A stretch of DNA of 64,000 nt. Origin: Candidatus Cloacimonadales bacterium (GTDB lineage: Bacteria > Cloacimonadota > Cloacimonadia > Cloacimonadales > JAFGVF01). Below the pieces are notes generated by a model, which saw only the letters and a program-made list of their open reading frames with translations, made no database searches and had not been told where the DNA came from. This document shows positions 1-9,423 of the stretch, one piece after another. The position numbers and the translations under genes are program-made. The stretch covers positions 1,024,001-1,088,000 of the forward strand of contig CAXXOU010000004.1 in the NCBI GenBank assembly GCA_963677495.2, written 5' to 3'. The first letter of the stretch is position 1. The number at the start of each line of letters is the position of its first letter.

Positions 1-1
1 C

Positions 2-166
2 GGGGCAACAGTTGAAGATATTGCCCTTATGCGCAAAGTTGTAGGTCCAAAGTTAGGAGTCAAAGCCTCCGGTGGAGTTAGAACAAGAGAGAAAGCTTTG
101 GATATGCTTAGAGCTGGTGCTAATAGGATTGGTGCTAGTAGTAGTATCAGTATCATAAAAGGATAG
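2..166 (+). CDS. deoC: Deoxyribose-phosphate aldolase, 3' end (partial)
   Basis: Own translation [28 protein letters not shown]...[16 protein letters not shown] and RIGAS are DeoC C-terminal motifs; stop TAG at 164-166. Confidence 0.9.
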   Translation, partial: GATVEDIALMRKVVGPKLGVKASGGVRTREKALDMLRAGANRIGASSSISIIKG

Positions 167-173
167 AACAGGT

Positions 174-1544
174 ATGAAAATAGTTTTAGCTGGTTTTAAC
201 GTCGATGAAAGCTTAATTAAACAACTTCCGAATCAGACAATAGCTACACCTGAAGTAATTTCTGCTGCATATGCCAGAATTAGTAGAAGCAAGAAGAACG
301 TCACTGAATTACGTGCTGAAGCTCAACTTGAGATAGATAAAACCAGAGCTTCGAATGAAACCATATTGTACGAGATGGGGCACGGTTCTATAGCAGAACA
401 TGCTGTATTCAACTTTGACCTTATTGGTGTTTCCAGATACATTACTGAGTTCATTCAGAAAAGTAGGTTAGCTTCTTTTACAGAGAAATCTCAAAGGTAT
501 GTTACCTTAAATGGAGATTATGTTACCCCCCAAGAGATTCTTAAAACTCCTCTTGAGAAGGAATTTAATCAGATTATTGACTTGCAAGTAGCTCTTTATA
601 AAGACCTATACGAAAAAGCGAAAAGTCTGTTACAAGAAACTGACTTTGAAGGTTCTAAAAGGGACCTTCAATCTCGAGCAAAAGAGGATGCCCGTTATTT
701 CTTAGCTTTAGCAACAGAAACTCAGATGGGTATGACAATAAACGCCAGGAATCTAGAAAGGCTTCTACGACGTTTAGATAAATCTGGTTTAGAAGAAGCT
801 TTCGCCGTTAGGGAATCTATTCTTGCTCAAGTTCAGAATATAGCACCATCTATTATAAAGTATACTAAGACTGATGTTTTTGAATCCCAAAGGCTTTCTT
901 TGGAATCAATTGAAAATAAAGCTGATCAAGATGTAGCTCTTATAAGCTATGAAAAAGATGGAGATGATAAAATCTTAACATCCCTATTGTATGAGCACAC
1001 TGATTCTGCTTGGAATGACATTAAAAATACTGTTCAAAACATGGGTTCTGAAGAGAAAAGAGAATGGTTTGCTAAAGCCTTCGAGAATTTGAAAAGCTAT
1101 CACTCAATGCCTAGAGCTTTTGAAACCGTACATTCATGTTTTGAAGTGGTAATCTCAGCATCATGTTTCGCTCAGTTAAAAAGACATAGAATGGGAACAG
1201 TATTAAGAACCGATTATCAACCTGATTTTGGTCTTGTGATTCCTGATTTACTGCGTGATTTGATTGATGAAGAAGCTTTAGATAACTTAGTGAAAAAGAC
1301 TAATTCATTATATATAAAACTCAAAGCTATAAACCCATTGTTAGGTAATTACATTCTGATGAATGCAAATAAATTGAGAGTTCTCTTGACATTTAACATG
1401 AGAGAACTGTATCATTTTGCCAGACTTAGAAGTGATCAGCATGCTCAATGGGAAATCAGAGAGCTTTCCGATAAGATTGTTAATATACTTAAAGATAAGT
1501 ATCCGCTATCAGCAGGAATGATGTGCGGTAAACATCAGTTCTAA
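174..1544 (+). CDS. thyX: FAD-dependent thymidylate synthase, tandem two-Thy1-domain form
   Basis: GHGSIAEH, SFTEKSQRY and EDARY in the N-half; QLKRHR and HFARLRSDQHAQWEIR in the C-half. Confidence 0.85.
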   Translation: MKIVLAGFNVDESLIKQLPNQTIATPEVISAAYARISRSKKNVTELRAEAQLEIDKTRASNETILYEMGHGSIAEHAVFNFDLIGVSRYITEFIQKSRLASFTEKSQRYVTLNGDYVTPQEILKTPLEKEFNQIIDLQVALYKDLYEKAKSLLQETDFEGSKRDLQSRAKEDARYFLALATETQMGMTINARNLERLLRRLDKSGLEEAFAVRESILAQVQNIAPSIIKYTKTDVFESQRLSLESIENKADQDVALISYEKDGDDKILTSLLYEHTDSAWNDIKNTVQNMGSEEKREWFAKAFENLKSYHSMPRAFETVHSCFEVVISASCFAQLKRHRMGTVLRTDYQPDFGLVIPDLLRDLIDEEALDNLVKKTNSLYIKLKAINPLLGNYILMNANKLRVLLTFNMRELYHFARLRSDQHAQWEIRELSDKIVNILKDKYPLSAGMMCGKHQF

Positions 1545-1557
1545 TAAACGAGGAAGT

Positions 1558-1992
1558 ATGAAGCGCATTTCTTTTCTATTATTTACATTAGTTTTATTGA
1601 TTGGTTGTTACCAAGTTCCTCAATCTGGATATCATCCCTATTCTGGTAAGAAACCCAAAGTCGCCAAACCTAAGAAACCTAAGCTTTCAAAGAATTCAAA
1701 GGTTTGGACTTGTAGTTACTATGGTAAGAAGTTTCATGGAAGAAAGACAGCAAATGGTGAGACATTCAATATGTATAAAGTATCATGTGCTCATAAATCA
1801 CTACCCTTTAATACTCTTTTGAAAGTGACGAATGTAAAGAATGGAAAATCTATTCAAGTTAGAGTTAATGATAGAGGTCCTTACGTTGATGGAAGAGATC
1901 TAGACCTTTCTTTTGCTGCCATGAAAAAACTTGGTGGTATCAAGGATGGTGTAATCAAAGCAGAAGTAAAAATTGTGAAGGAGGGGAAATGA
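1558..1992 (+). CDS. rlpA: RlpA-family lytic transglycosylase lipoprotein
   Basis: Lipobox LLIGC; SYYGKKFHGRKTANGE, AHKSLPF, VRVNDRGPY, DLS motifs. Confidence 0.9.
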   Translation: MKRISFLLFTLVLLIGCYQVPQSGYHPYSGKKPKVAKPKKPKLSKNSKVWTCSYYGKKFHGRKTANGETFNMYKVSCAHKSLPFNTLLKVTNVKNGKSIQVRVNDRGPYVDGRDLDLSFAAMKKLGGIKDGVIKAEVKIVKEGK

Positions 1993-2891
1993 AACATTTT
2001 GAGTTCTCACCCGAAGTTGAATATGGTTTACACAATAACTTGCCGATTCTTGCTCTAGAATCAACCGTTATCACTCATGGGATGCCATATCCTGATAATC
2101 TTAAGACTGCTAAACAACTTGAAGCAATTGTTAGACATCATAATGTGATTCCTGCAACTATATGCGTGCTTGACGGTGTAATAAAAGTCGGCATGACTGA
2201 AAATGATTTTGATAAACTCACGCATGCAGAGAATAAGGAAAAGATTTCTCAGAAAGATATAGTATATGCTCTAAACAGAAAACTCACCGGTGGTACAACC
2301 GTGGCTGCTACAATGTATATTGCCTGGAAAGCAGGTATAAAAGTATTCGCTACAGGTGGCATTGGAGGTGTACATAGAAACGCTGAGAAAACAATGGATA
2401 TCTCGTCCGATATAATGGCATTCGCTAAATATCCTGTAATCGTTGTTTCAGCAGGTGCTAAAGCTATTCTTGATCTAGGAAAAACTCTTGAATCATTAGA
2501 GACGCTTTCTGTTCCTGTTCTAGGATATCAAACAGATACATTCCCGGCTTTTTATAGTAGTAAGAGTAGCCATAAAGTACGAAAAGTTGATAGTACTGCA
2601 GATATAGTAAATCTATATAAGATTCAGGAAGATTTAAATTTATGGAATGGAATGCTGATAGCTAATCCCATACCGATAGAACATGAGATTCCACAATACG
2701 TTATGGAAGAAAAGATTGAAGATGCTCTTAGAGAAGCTGATAACCAAAAAGTTCAAGGAAAAGATATTACTCCTTATCTTCTTTCAAAACTTGTAGATAT
2801 GACAAATGGTAAATCACTCAAGACAAACATAGAGTTGATCAAAAACAATGTTGAGCTTGGGTGTAAACTTGCAATTGAAATGGTTAAGTAA
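1989..2891 (+). CDS. psuG: Pseudouridine-5'-phosphate glycosidase
   Basis: ALESTVITHGMPYP, FATGGIGGVHR, GAKAILD, GKDITPYLL motifs. Confidence 0.92.
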   Translation: MKHFEFSPEVEYGLHNNLPILALESTVITHGMPYPDNLKTAKQLEAIVRHHNVIPATICVLDGVIKVGMTENDFDKLTHAENKEKISQKDIVYALNRKLTGGTTVAATMYIAWKAGIKVFATGGIGGVHRNAEKTMDISSDIMAFAKYPVIVVSAGAKAILDLGKTLESLETLSVPVLGYQTDTFPAFYSSKSSHKVRKVDSTADIVNLYKIQEDLNLWNGMLIANPIPIEHEIPQYVMEEKIEDALREADNQKVQGKDITPYLLSKLVDMTNGKSLKTNIELIKNNVELGCKLAIEMVK

Positions 2892-2924
2892 TTATAAAAT
2901 AAATGGGTTAATTCAGGAGGATTA

Positions 2925-4229
2925 ATGACATATTCACTACTCCCTAAAGTACAGGATGCAGATTTACAGGGAAAAGTCGTTCTTGTGAGAGTTGATCACA
3001 ATGTTGTTAAAAAAGGAGTAATTAAAGATACTGAGCGTATTGATGCAACTATTCCAACACTCTTCAACATCGTGCTAAGAGGTGGAAAACTTATTTTGAT
3101 GACACATAATGGACGCCCGAAAGATAAGAAAACTGGTGCTATTACTATATCTAAAGATGATTCAATAGAGCCAATTGTAGACTATCTAAAGAATAAGCTT
3201 AATGTACGGGTTGTTATTCCCGAGTGGTTTAAAAGAAATGATAATGGAATAGAAGTTGTAGATGAAGTTTGTCATAAGATGGTAAATGATCTCAAGACTG
3301 GTAATATTGATATTATTTATCTACCTAATACTAGGTGGTTCAGAGGTGAAGAATCTAATGATGAAGATACAGACTGTCTTGCTAATGCCCTATCAAAACT
3401 AGCTGATGTATATGTCAATGATGCTTTTGGCTCATGGCAAGCTCATGCCTCAACAAAACATATTACTAAGCATCTTCCAAGTTACTCCGGTATGCTTATG
3501 CAAAAAGAGATCTTCCATCTTAAAGAGCTATTCCAACCGAAGAGACCATTTGTAGGTATTGTCGCCGGTGCAAAGTTCGATACAAAGATTAAGCCTCTTA
3601 ATCAGCTTTTGGAGCTTGTTGACTATCTGATATTAGGTGGTGTTATTTATAATGCATATCTTTGTGCAAAATATGATATTGAGATTAAAGGAATAACAGA
3701 AACTGATCTTAAGTTTGCTCGTGAATTCCTGAAACGTGCTAATGAATTTCCTCAACGTATTGTAGAATTACCATATATCATAGAATCTGATACTTTAGAA
3801 GGGATGATTCCGGGACAATATAGAACACATTTTCTGCATGATTTAAAACCCGGTACTAAGCTGAACTATGTGCTTGATATTTCTTGGGAAAGCTGGGAGC
3901 TTAGACATGTTAAAGAAGTATTCAGTCGTGCTAACATGTTCTTTGTTAATGCTGTTATGGGGTTTATGCCTGACTTCAGTGATGGCACTCAGAGGATGTA
4001 TGAGCTGGTCTCGCAGAATGAACATGCTATGAAAACATTTGGTGGTGGAGATACGCTTCAAGAGTTCAAGGCTCTGAACTATGAAACATACCTTAAAGCT
4101 GTAGAACGCTCAGACTACTATTTCTATACCGGTGGTGGAGCAGTACTTAACTCAATAGAGCAGGGGTCAGCTTATGGTATGGAGCCCGTTCAAGCGTTGA
4201 TAGAAAACCAAAACAACTTTAATAAATAG
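2925..4229 (+). CDS. pgk: Phosphoglycerate kinase
   Basis: VLVRVDHNV, HNGRPK, YVNDAFG, GGGDT, TGGGA motifs. Confidence 0.88.
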   Translation: MTYSLLPKVQDADLQGKVVLVRVDHNVVKKGVIKDTERIDATIPTLFNIVLRGGKLILMTHNGRPKDKKTGAITISKDDSIEPIVDYLKNKLNVRVVIPEWFKRNDNGIEVVDEVCHKMVNDLKTGNIDIIYLPNTRWFRGEESNDEDTDCLANALSKLADVYVNDAFGSWQAHASTKHITKHLPSYSGMLMQKEIFHLKELFQPKRPFVGIVAGAKFDTKIKPLNQLLELVDYLILGGVIYNAYLCAKYDIEIKGITETDLKFAREFLKRANEFPQRIVELPYIIESDTLEGMIPGQYRTHFLHDLKPGTKLNYVLDISWESWELRHVKEVFSRANMFFVNAVMGFMPDFSDGTQRMYELVSQNEHAMKTFGGGDTLQEFKALNYETYLKAVERSDYYFYTGGGAVLNSIEQGSAYGMEPVQALIENQNNFNK

Positions 4230-4244
4230 TTTGAACTTACTTTG

Positions 4245-4268
4245 AGGGCTGTGAAAACAGCCCTTTTT
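4245..4268 (+). terminator. Probable intrinsic terminator after pgk
   Basis: agggctgt-gaaa-acagccct stem followed by a T-run. Confidence 0.6.
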
Positions 4269-4275
4269 AATTACT

Positions 4276-5238
4276 ATGAAGAAGCTACTAATTTTATTAA
4301 CACTAGTCACAACGTTCATCTTAGATGCTAAGACTGAATTCTTCCATTGGAAGTATAAAAACGATTCATACACATTAGAAGCAAGTTTCCCTGAGGAGAT
4401 GTATGAATTCTATAGAAGTCGCTCAAGAAACAGGGATTATGTGTATTTTGCAACAGATACATTTGATGACAAGCTTATAAATAGCTTTGCTAAATCTATG
4501 CATAGACTCTCTCGAAAAAACTTCCTTTCGAAAGAGGATGAGTTCAACCTTGTAATTGCCTTTATTCAAGCATTGCCGTATACTACAGATGAGATTACAG
4601 CCGGTGTGGGAGAATACGCACGATTTCCGTTTGAAACTCTCTTTGAAAAGGGAGGTGACTGTGAGGATACTGCAATATTAGCTTGTGCTATTTTAACTGA
4701 GATGGGGTATGATTGTTTGCTTGTAAGAATGGATGACCATATGGCAATGGCGATAAACTATCCAGCTAATAGTGGCACTCATTTTACTGTCGATGGAAAG
4801 AAATACTATTATCTTGAGACAACAGGGCTTAATTGGAAACTTGGTGAGGTTCCTGAGGAATATTCAGATCAATCAGCAACCCCAATTCCACTTGTCCATA
4901 CGCCGTATATAGAAATTGAAGCAGAATGGAAGGGTGATTATTATCTTAACTCGGCAGATCCTTCAATTGATCTCTCGATTGACTTAACACTTACAAATCT
5001 TGGGTCAGCGGATGCTAATGATTTAACAGTACTTATAACTATTGAAGATTCCAATGGTTCAATAATAGATCAATTTAGATCTATCAGATATCACCTCAAG
5101 CAAGAAAGAACAATGAAAGTTCTGAACAGCTCTCTACGAGCATATAAAAGAAGAGAATATCAAGTTATTGTAACAATTTTTGAAGGTGAAGATGTAGTAG
5201 GAGAGATTATTAGTGACTGGGAGTATATCAACGAATAG
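4276..5238 (+). CDS. Secreted transglutaminase-like (Cys protease fold) protein
   Basis: Signal peptide; GDCEDTAIL, DHMAMA and YYLETT triad-like motifs; beta-rich C-terminus. Confidence 0.65.
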   Translation: MKKLLILLTLVTTFILDAKTEFFHWKYKNDSYTLEASFPEEMYEFYRSRSRNRDYVYFATDTFDDKLINSFAKSMHRLSRKNFLSKEDEFNLVIAFIQALPYTTDEITAGVGEYARFPFETLFEKGGDCEDTAILACAILTEMGYDCLLVRMDDHMAMAINYPANSGTHFTVDGKKYYYLETTGLNWKLGEVPEEYSDQSATPIPLVHTPYIEIEAEWKGDYYLNSADPSIDLSIDLTLTNLGSADANDLTVLITIEDSNGSIIDQFRSIRYHLKQERTMKVLNSSLRAYKRREYQVIVTIFEGEDVVGEIISDWEYINE

Positions 5239-5478
5239 AAATTGTTAGGACTTTCCAAAAATATATTTTCTCAGATTTCCATGAAAGACCATTTCCAGCC
5301 GTTTTGAGCAATATTTTTTACATCTTGCAAGGTAGTGCTTAGATTTTTTTAAGATGTGATAATTTTTCAATTATCAATCAGTTAAGAATAGCCTTGTAAA
5401 AAAGTTTATAAAAAGTGTAAAATTTCTATTGACACGCACGGCCCACTTTGGTTTGTATGTTCACACATCGCAAGATGA

Positions 5479-5553
5479 TCCGGAATAGCTCAGCGGTAGA
5501 GCAGTTGGCTGTTAACCAATTTGTCGGGGGTTCAAATCCCTCTTCCGGAGCCA
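5479..5553 (+). tRNA. tRNA-Asn(GTT)
   Basis: Cloverleaf tccggaa...ttccgga-g-cca; anticodon loop ctgttaa; TTCAAAT T-loop; encoded CCA; TTGACA at 5429 upstream. Confidence 0.95.
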
Positions 5554-5560
5554 GATTTTT

Positions 5561-5587
5561 AGCCTGCTTAATGCAGGCTTTTTTTTA
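5561..5587 (+). terminator. Intrinsic terminator after tRNA-Asn
   Basis: agcctgc-ttaat-gcaggct stem plus long T-run. Confidence 0.85.
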
Positions 5588-5659
5588 TTTACCCTTTGCT
5601 TGTCAGATTGTGTATCATATTTAATATTGGCATTAAAGATATCAGTATAGGAGAGACTA

Positions 5660-6640
5660 ATGGGGAATAGCATTAAATATCAAACAAGTAATCTGAATCT
5701 GTCAGTTAATCAAAATTTAGATTTCATCTTGCATATATTGGCACATCTTGAAACAAACAATGTTGCTTCTAATTACGACGAAGGATATGTTGAAGAGATT
5801 ACTCAGATAAAACAGGAAACTATTTCATCTTTGAAATCAAAACTGGAACCATTAGCATGTGGAAGTTATGCATATATCTCCTTTCTACCGATATTTTTCC
5901 CTGAATTGGACCAGGTTTTCAATATCCTTAGCTTTATTGCCACAAAAGATAGAAACTATATTGATTCGCTACCGAACTCAATACTTCCGTTGATAAACTA
6001 TTTAGATAGTAATTTCGAGGAAAAGCGTAAAGAGGAGTTACTAACTTTCGTTAAAGTATGTAGGGATGAGTATCTTACATTTTTCGCTGATTATTGGTTG
6101 TCAAAAAAGGATAGTTTCGAAGAAAGAATGAAACTATTTTTAGATGTTTGGGATTCAGAGATGAATCAGCTCTTTATCAATCTCTTTAAATCCAACAATA
6201 AACATCAATACCATATCTATCTTTCTGATTGTATGCTAAAGAATGGTAGAGGAGTCTCTATGGATCTGCAATCAATAGGCTCAGTATCCAAGCTTCCTGA
6301 GAATAGGGAAGAGGTAATGTATTCTTGGATGATTGCTATTCATGAGTCAATCCATCAGATTACAGATAACATAGTGATGAGTGTACTGAATGTAAACCAT
6401 GAACAACGGAGCTTGAACCAAAACGATGCTAATTTTGATATTCATATGGCTTTTGAAAACGCTGTTTTTTATACTCATTTCAAGCTCATGAGCATGAATC
6501 GCTCATCTTCTACCACAGAAGTTCTAAAACTATTCAGTGATTTCTCAAATCAGAATATAGAATCAGTATCTCAGTTTCATGAACTTTTCCCTAACGAAGA
6601 TAGTGTGATGGAAGCGATTGATATAATTATCCCGGATTAG
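5660..6640 (+). CDS. Hypothetical protein with HExxH motif (possible Zn-metallopeptidase)
   Basis: 326-aa ORF with ggag RBS; IAIHESIHQITD and downstream MAFENAV. Confidence 0.45.
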   Translation: MGNSIKYQTSNLNLSVNQNLDFILHILAHLETNNVASNYDEGYVEEITQIKQETISSLKSKLEPLACGSYAYISFLPIFFPELDQVFNILSFIATKDRNYIDSLPNSILPLINYLDSNFEEKRKEELLTFVKVCRDEYLTFFADYWLSKKDSFEERMKLFLDVWDSEMNQLFINLFKSNNKHQYHIYLSDCMLKNGRGVSMDLQSIGSVSKLPENREEVMYSWMIAIHESIHQITDNIVMSVLNVNHEQRSLNQNDANFDIHMAFENAVFYTHFKLMSMNRSSSTTEVLKLFSDFSNQNIESVSQFHELFPNEDSVMEAIDIIIPD

Positions 6641-6651
6641 TTGGAGTATAT

Positions 6652-7470
6652 ATGTTATTAATCAAAAAACTTAACCTTGAAGGCATAAAACAAAGTGACA
6701 TAATTAAATCAACTCATCCTAGATTCCAGTGTCGACTCGAAAGCAACGATGATACTGAATCTAGCTTTTATCTCTTGAATAGAGATGGAGAAGAGATTGG
6801 ATTCTTCACTACTAAAGCCGATAATACTAAACTAAGCATGAAAATTTTCACTATCAATCGCGACCTGGATGTGGAACCTATAACTAAATGGATTAAGAGC
6901 AGATATTTTAATTCTTGCATTGAGTACATAACGATTCAAACTATTTCACGATCTGAAGATGTTTTACACAAGTTCTCCGGATTAGATTATCTTTTGCTTT
7001 ACGAGATTTCTGATGGAATAGGTGCTCACCAAAACATACTAAGTTCAGAGCTTACTGTCAGTAACGCAGTTGAGAACTATGACGAGTTGACAAAATTCTT
7101 TAAGAAAGTCTTTGTAGATGATGAAGAATATTGTAGGGCAAATTGGTCTAAACTTGTGCAAAACTATAAAGAGCTTGAGCTTCCTAAACTTGAGATAGTT
7201 GTTAACTATAATGGCAAAATTGTTGGTGCAATTATCGGCCTTAAAACTCCACTTAATAAATACTATCTACACACTATTGGAGTTGATAAAGATTTCAGAG
7301 GAAAAGGAATTGGCAGATTTTTAATGGATAATTTTATAAATAAAACAAATGGAGTTACAACTTATCTAAATGTCTTAGCATCTGCTAATGTTGCTCGATC
7401 TCTATACGAATCAGTTGGATTCAATAACTTAAAAACTGCTTCTGTCTATTGCTCATTTAAGGATTTTTAG
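6652..7470 (+). CDS. GNAT-family N-acetyltransferase
   Basis: IGVDKDFRGKGIGRFLM acetyl-CoA motif; NVARSLYESVGF. Confidence 0.8.
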   Translation: MLLIKKLNLEGIKQSDIIKSTHPRFQCRLESNDDTESSFYLLNRDGEEIGFFTTKADNTKLSMKIFTINRDLDVEPITKWIKSRYFNSCIEYITIQTISRSEDVLHKFSGLDYLLLYEISDGIGAHQNILSSELTVSNAVENYDELTKFFKKVFVDDEEYCRANWSKLVQNYKELELPKLEIVVNYNGKIVGAIIGLKTPLNKYYLHTIGVDKDFRGKGIGRFLMDNFINKTNGVTTYLNVLASANVARSLYESVGFNNLKTASVYCSFKDF

Positions 7471-7624
7471 TAACAATTTATTTTTCGTTATTAAGAAGGA
7501 CTTTTTATAAATAAGCTGACAACATATTGGAGATGCATGCATTAGTGGTTTTTCTCTGAACTTACGCTGCTAGATGAATCGATTGAATAATCACGATTTA
7601 ATCCATTCTTTTTGATTTGGATGC

Positions 7625-7958
7625 CATACACAGTGCAATTCCCAATAACTTACCACATTTCAGAGAGTTTGTCAGCCTGATAAAGCAGCGGACTTCCTAA
7701 AATGTACTTCGAAGCTGCATGCCCCTGATTTCGTTCTCGCGTCACGCTATAGCTGCAACGCAAGTCCGAAATAGACATACACAGTGCGTTTTGCAATAAC
7801 TTAGCTACATTTATTGCCCTTTTCACTCACCATCACTGCACTTTCTATCAACGCACTGTGTCTGCACTGTGCACGCACTGTGAAGGCACTGCCAACCCAC
7901 TGTTTCACTGGGTTCACAGTGCGTGCGCAGTGGGAAAACAGTGGGATGACTGTGTTTT
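7625..7958 (+). repeat. Composite intergenic element X, copy 1 (DR - hairpin - cargo - DR - CACTG/CAGTG 11-bp array)
   Basis: Near-identical to 41494-41815 and to the reverse complement of 25241-25627. Confidence 0.85.
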
Positions 7959-8581
7959 GGTAAAGAGTTTACTAAAAGTTTGCGATATCGCAAAAGAAGA
8001 GTATCTGCAAGACGACTCAGGAAAAGGTGTGGCACATAAAAGTGATACATGCTAATTGCGAAAAGTGGGGTAGGTTAGTTCAGTTTCCATAAATCTACGT
8101 TTGGTATCTAAGGTACTTCTATGCTGAGCGAATCTTGATTGCTTTAATGAGACATTACATCAAAAATGCAGTTATTCAATGGTATATTTTGAGAATACTG
8201 AATACAAAAATGAGAAACAGTAGTTTAGGATTCCCCAAAAATACAATTTACAATAAGAAAAAATATTAAATCCTATTCAGATAATATGAATTATCTCATA
8301 TACAAGCATTTAGTATGAATGTTAATTGTGATAATAATGACAAAACATGAGCTATAGGAAGTTATAAGAATGTGTTAAGAAACTTGAGTGAATTAACCTG
8401 AAATCATACTTCAAAAAGTTAGCTATTTCTGACAATATAGATGAGAGCAATAAACTAAGGTAAAAGCTATATAAAATATGAATTTATGGTTGACAATTAA
8501 TCGTATGAAGTCTCATTTGTACAAAAATTTCTCAATTAAGAAATAAAGAATCTAAGTTCAACAAAAAACGGAGGTTGATTG

Positions 8582-8947
8582 ATGAAAACCTTAGCTGAAT
8601 TAAGAAAGATTCGTGAAAAGGCACAAGCAGATATGAAACTGCGTGGCTCAAACACGAGAGTAAAAGTAATTGTAGGAATGGGAACATCCGGAATCGCCAT
8701 GGGTGCCCGTGAAGTTATGAAAACTTTCCTCGACGAAGTAGGTAAACGCAATTTAAGTGACGTTCAAGTAACACAGACCGGAGAGAAAGGTCTTACTTCA
8801 ATGGAACCTGTTGTTGATATCGTAGAAGAGGGAAAACCTGTTGTAACTTACGGTGAGATGAATCCCGACAAAGTTATGAGAGTTATCGATGAGCACATTA
8901 TGAACGGTAACGTTGTTAACGAATTTGTCGTTACTGTTGATAAATAG
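8582..8947 (+). CDS. Thioredoxin-like ferredoxin-fold hydrogenase small subunit (HndB/HydD-like), no cysteines
   Basis: VIVGMGTSGIAMGAREV...VTQTG...EPVV...VTYG...RVIDEHI matches the family layout; first gene of the hydrogenase operon. Confidence 0.8.
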   Translation: MKTLAELRKIREKAQADMKLRGSNTRVKVIVGMGTSGIAMGAREVMKTFLDEVGKRNLSDVQVTQTGEKGLTSMEPVVDIVEEGKPVVTYGEMNPDKVMRVIDEHIMNGNVVNEFVVTVDK

Positions 8948-8967
8948 GGTAAAAAAGGAAAAAATGT

Positions 8968-9423
8968 ATGTACGAAGAAATTTTTGCCAAATATGAACCA
9001 ACCAAAGATAATCTTATCTACATCCTGCATGATATTCAGGATGCACATCCTCAACAGTATCTGAGCGAAGATGCTGTACAGAGAGTTTCAGAGTATTTAA
9101 ACGTGCCTGTTAACCACATCTATGGTGTGATCACTTTCTACGGTATGTATAGTACAAAACCACGTGGAAAATTCATTGTTCGCCTTTGCGAGTCACCACC
9201 ATGTTACCTTAAAGGTTCAGACAACATCTACAAAAAACTCAAAACAGTTTTAGGTGTTAAAGCCGGAGAAACAACTGCAGACGGAATGTTCACATTAGAG
9301 TTTTGTGCTTGTCTCGGTGTTTGCGGTAATGCTCCTGTTATGATGGTTAATGAAGATGTATATGGTAATCTTACAGAGGAATCTGTAGAGAAGATTATCG
9401 AAAAAATCAGAGGAGGCAACTAA
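8968..9423 (+). CDS. NuoE-like [2Fe-2S] hydrogenase subunit (HydC/HndA)
   Basis: CESPPC and CLGVC ligands; GVITFY. Confidence 0.9.
   Translation: MYEEIFAKYEPTKDNLIYILHDIQDAHPQQYLSEDAVQRVSEYLNVPVNHIYGVITFYGMYSTKPRGKFIVRLCESPPCYLKGSDNIYKKLKTVLGVKAGETTADGMFTLEFCACLGVCGNAPVMMVNEDVYGNLTEESVEKIIEKIRGGN

Noticed and set aside
7629..7660. V(D)J/Transib-type recombination signal (CACAGTG heptamer)
   Set aside because: No ACAAAAACC-like nonamer at 12 or 23 bp and no RAG/Transib-like ORF
7823..8055. Short Cys/His-rich ORFs over element X (also 24999-25408, 41683-41919)
   Set aside because: They are translations of the repeat; frames and ends differ among copies and there is no RBS
5479..8500. Integrated prophage or ICE at tRNA-Asn (likewise at tRNA-Ala)
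   Set aside because: No integrase, phage genes or visible duplicated tRNA 3' end
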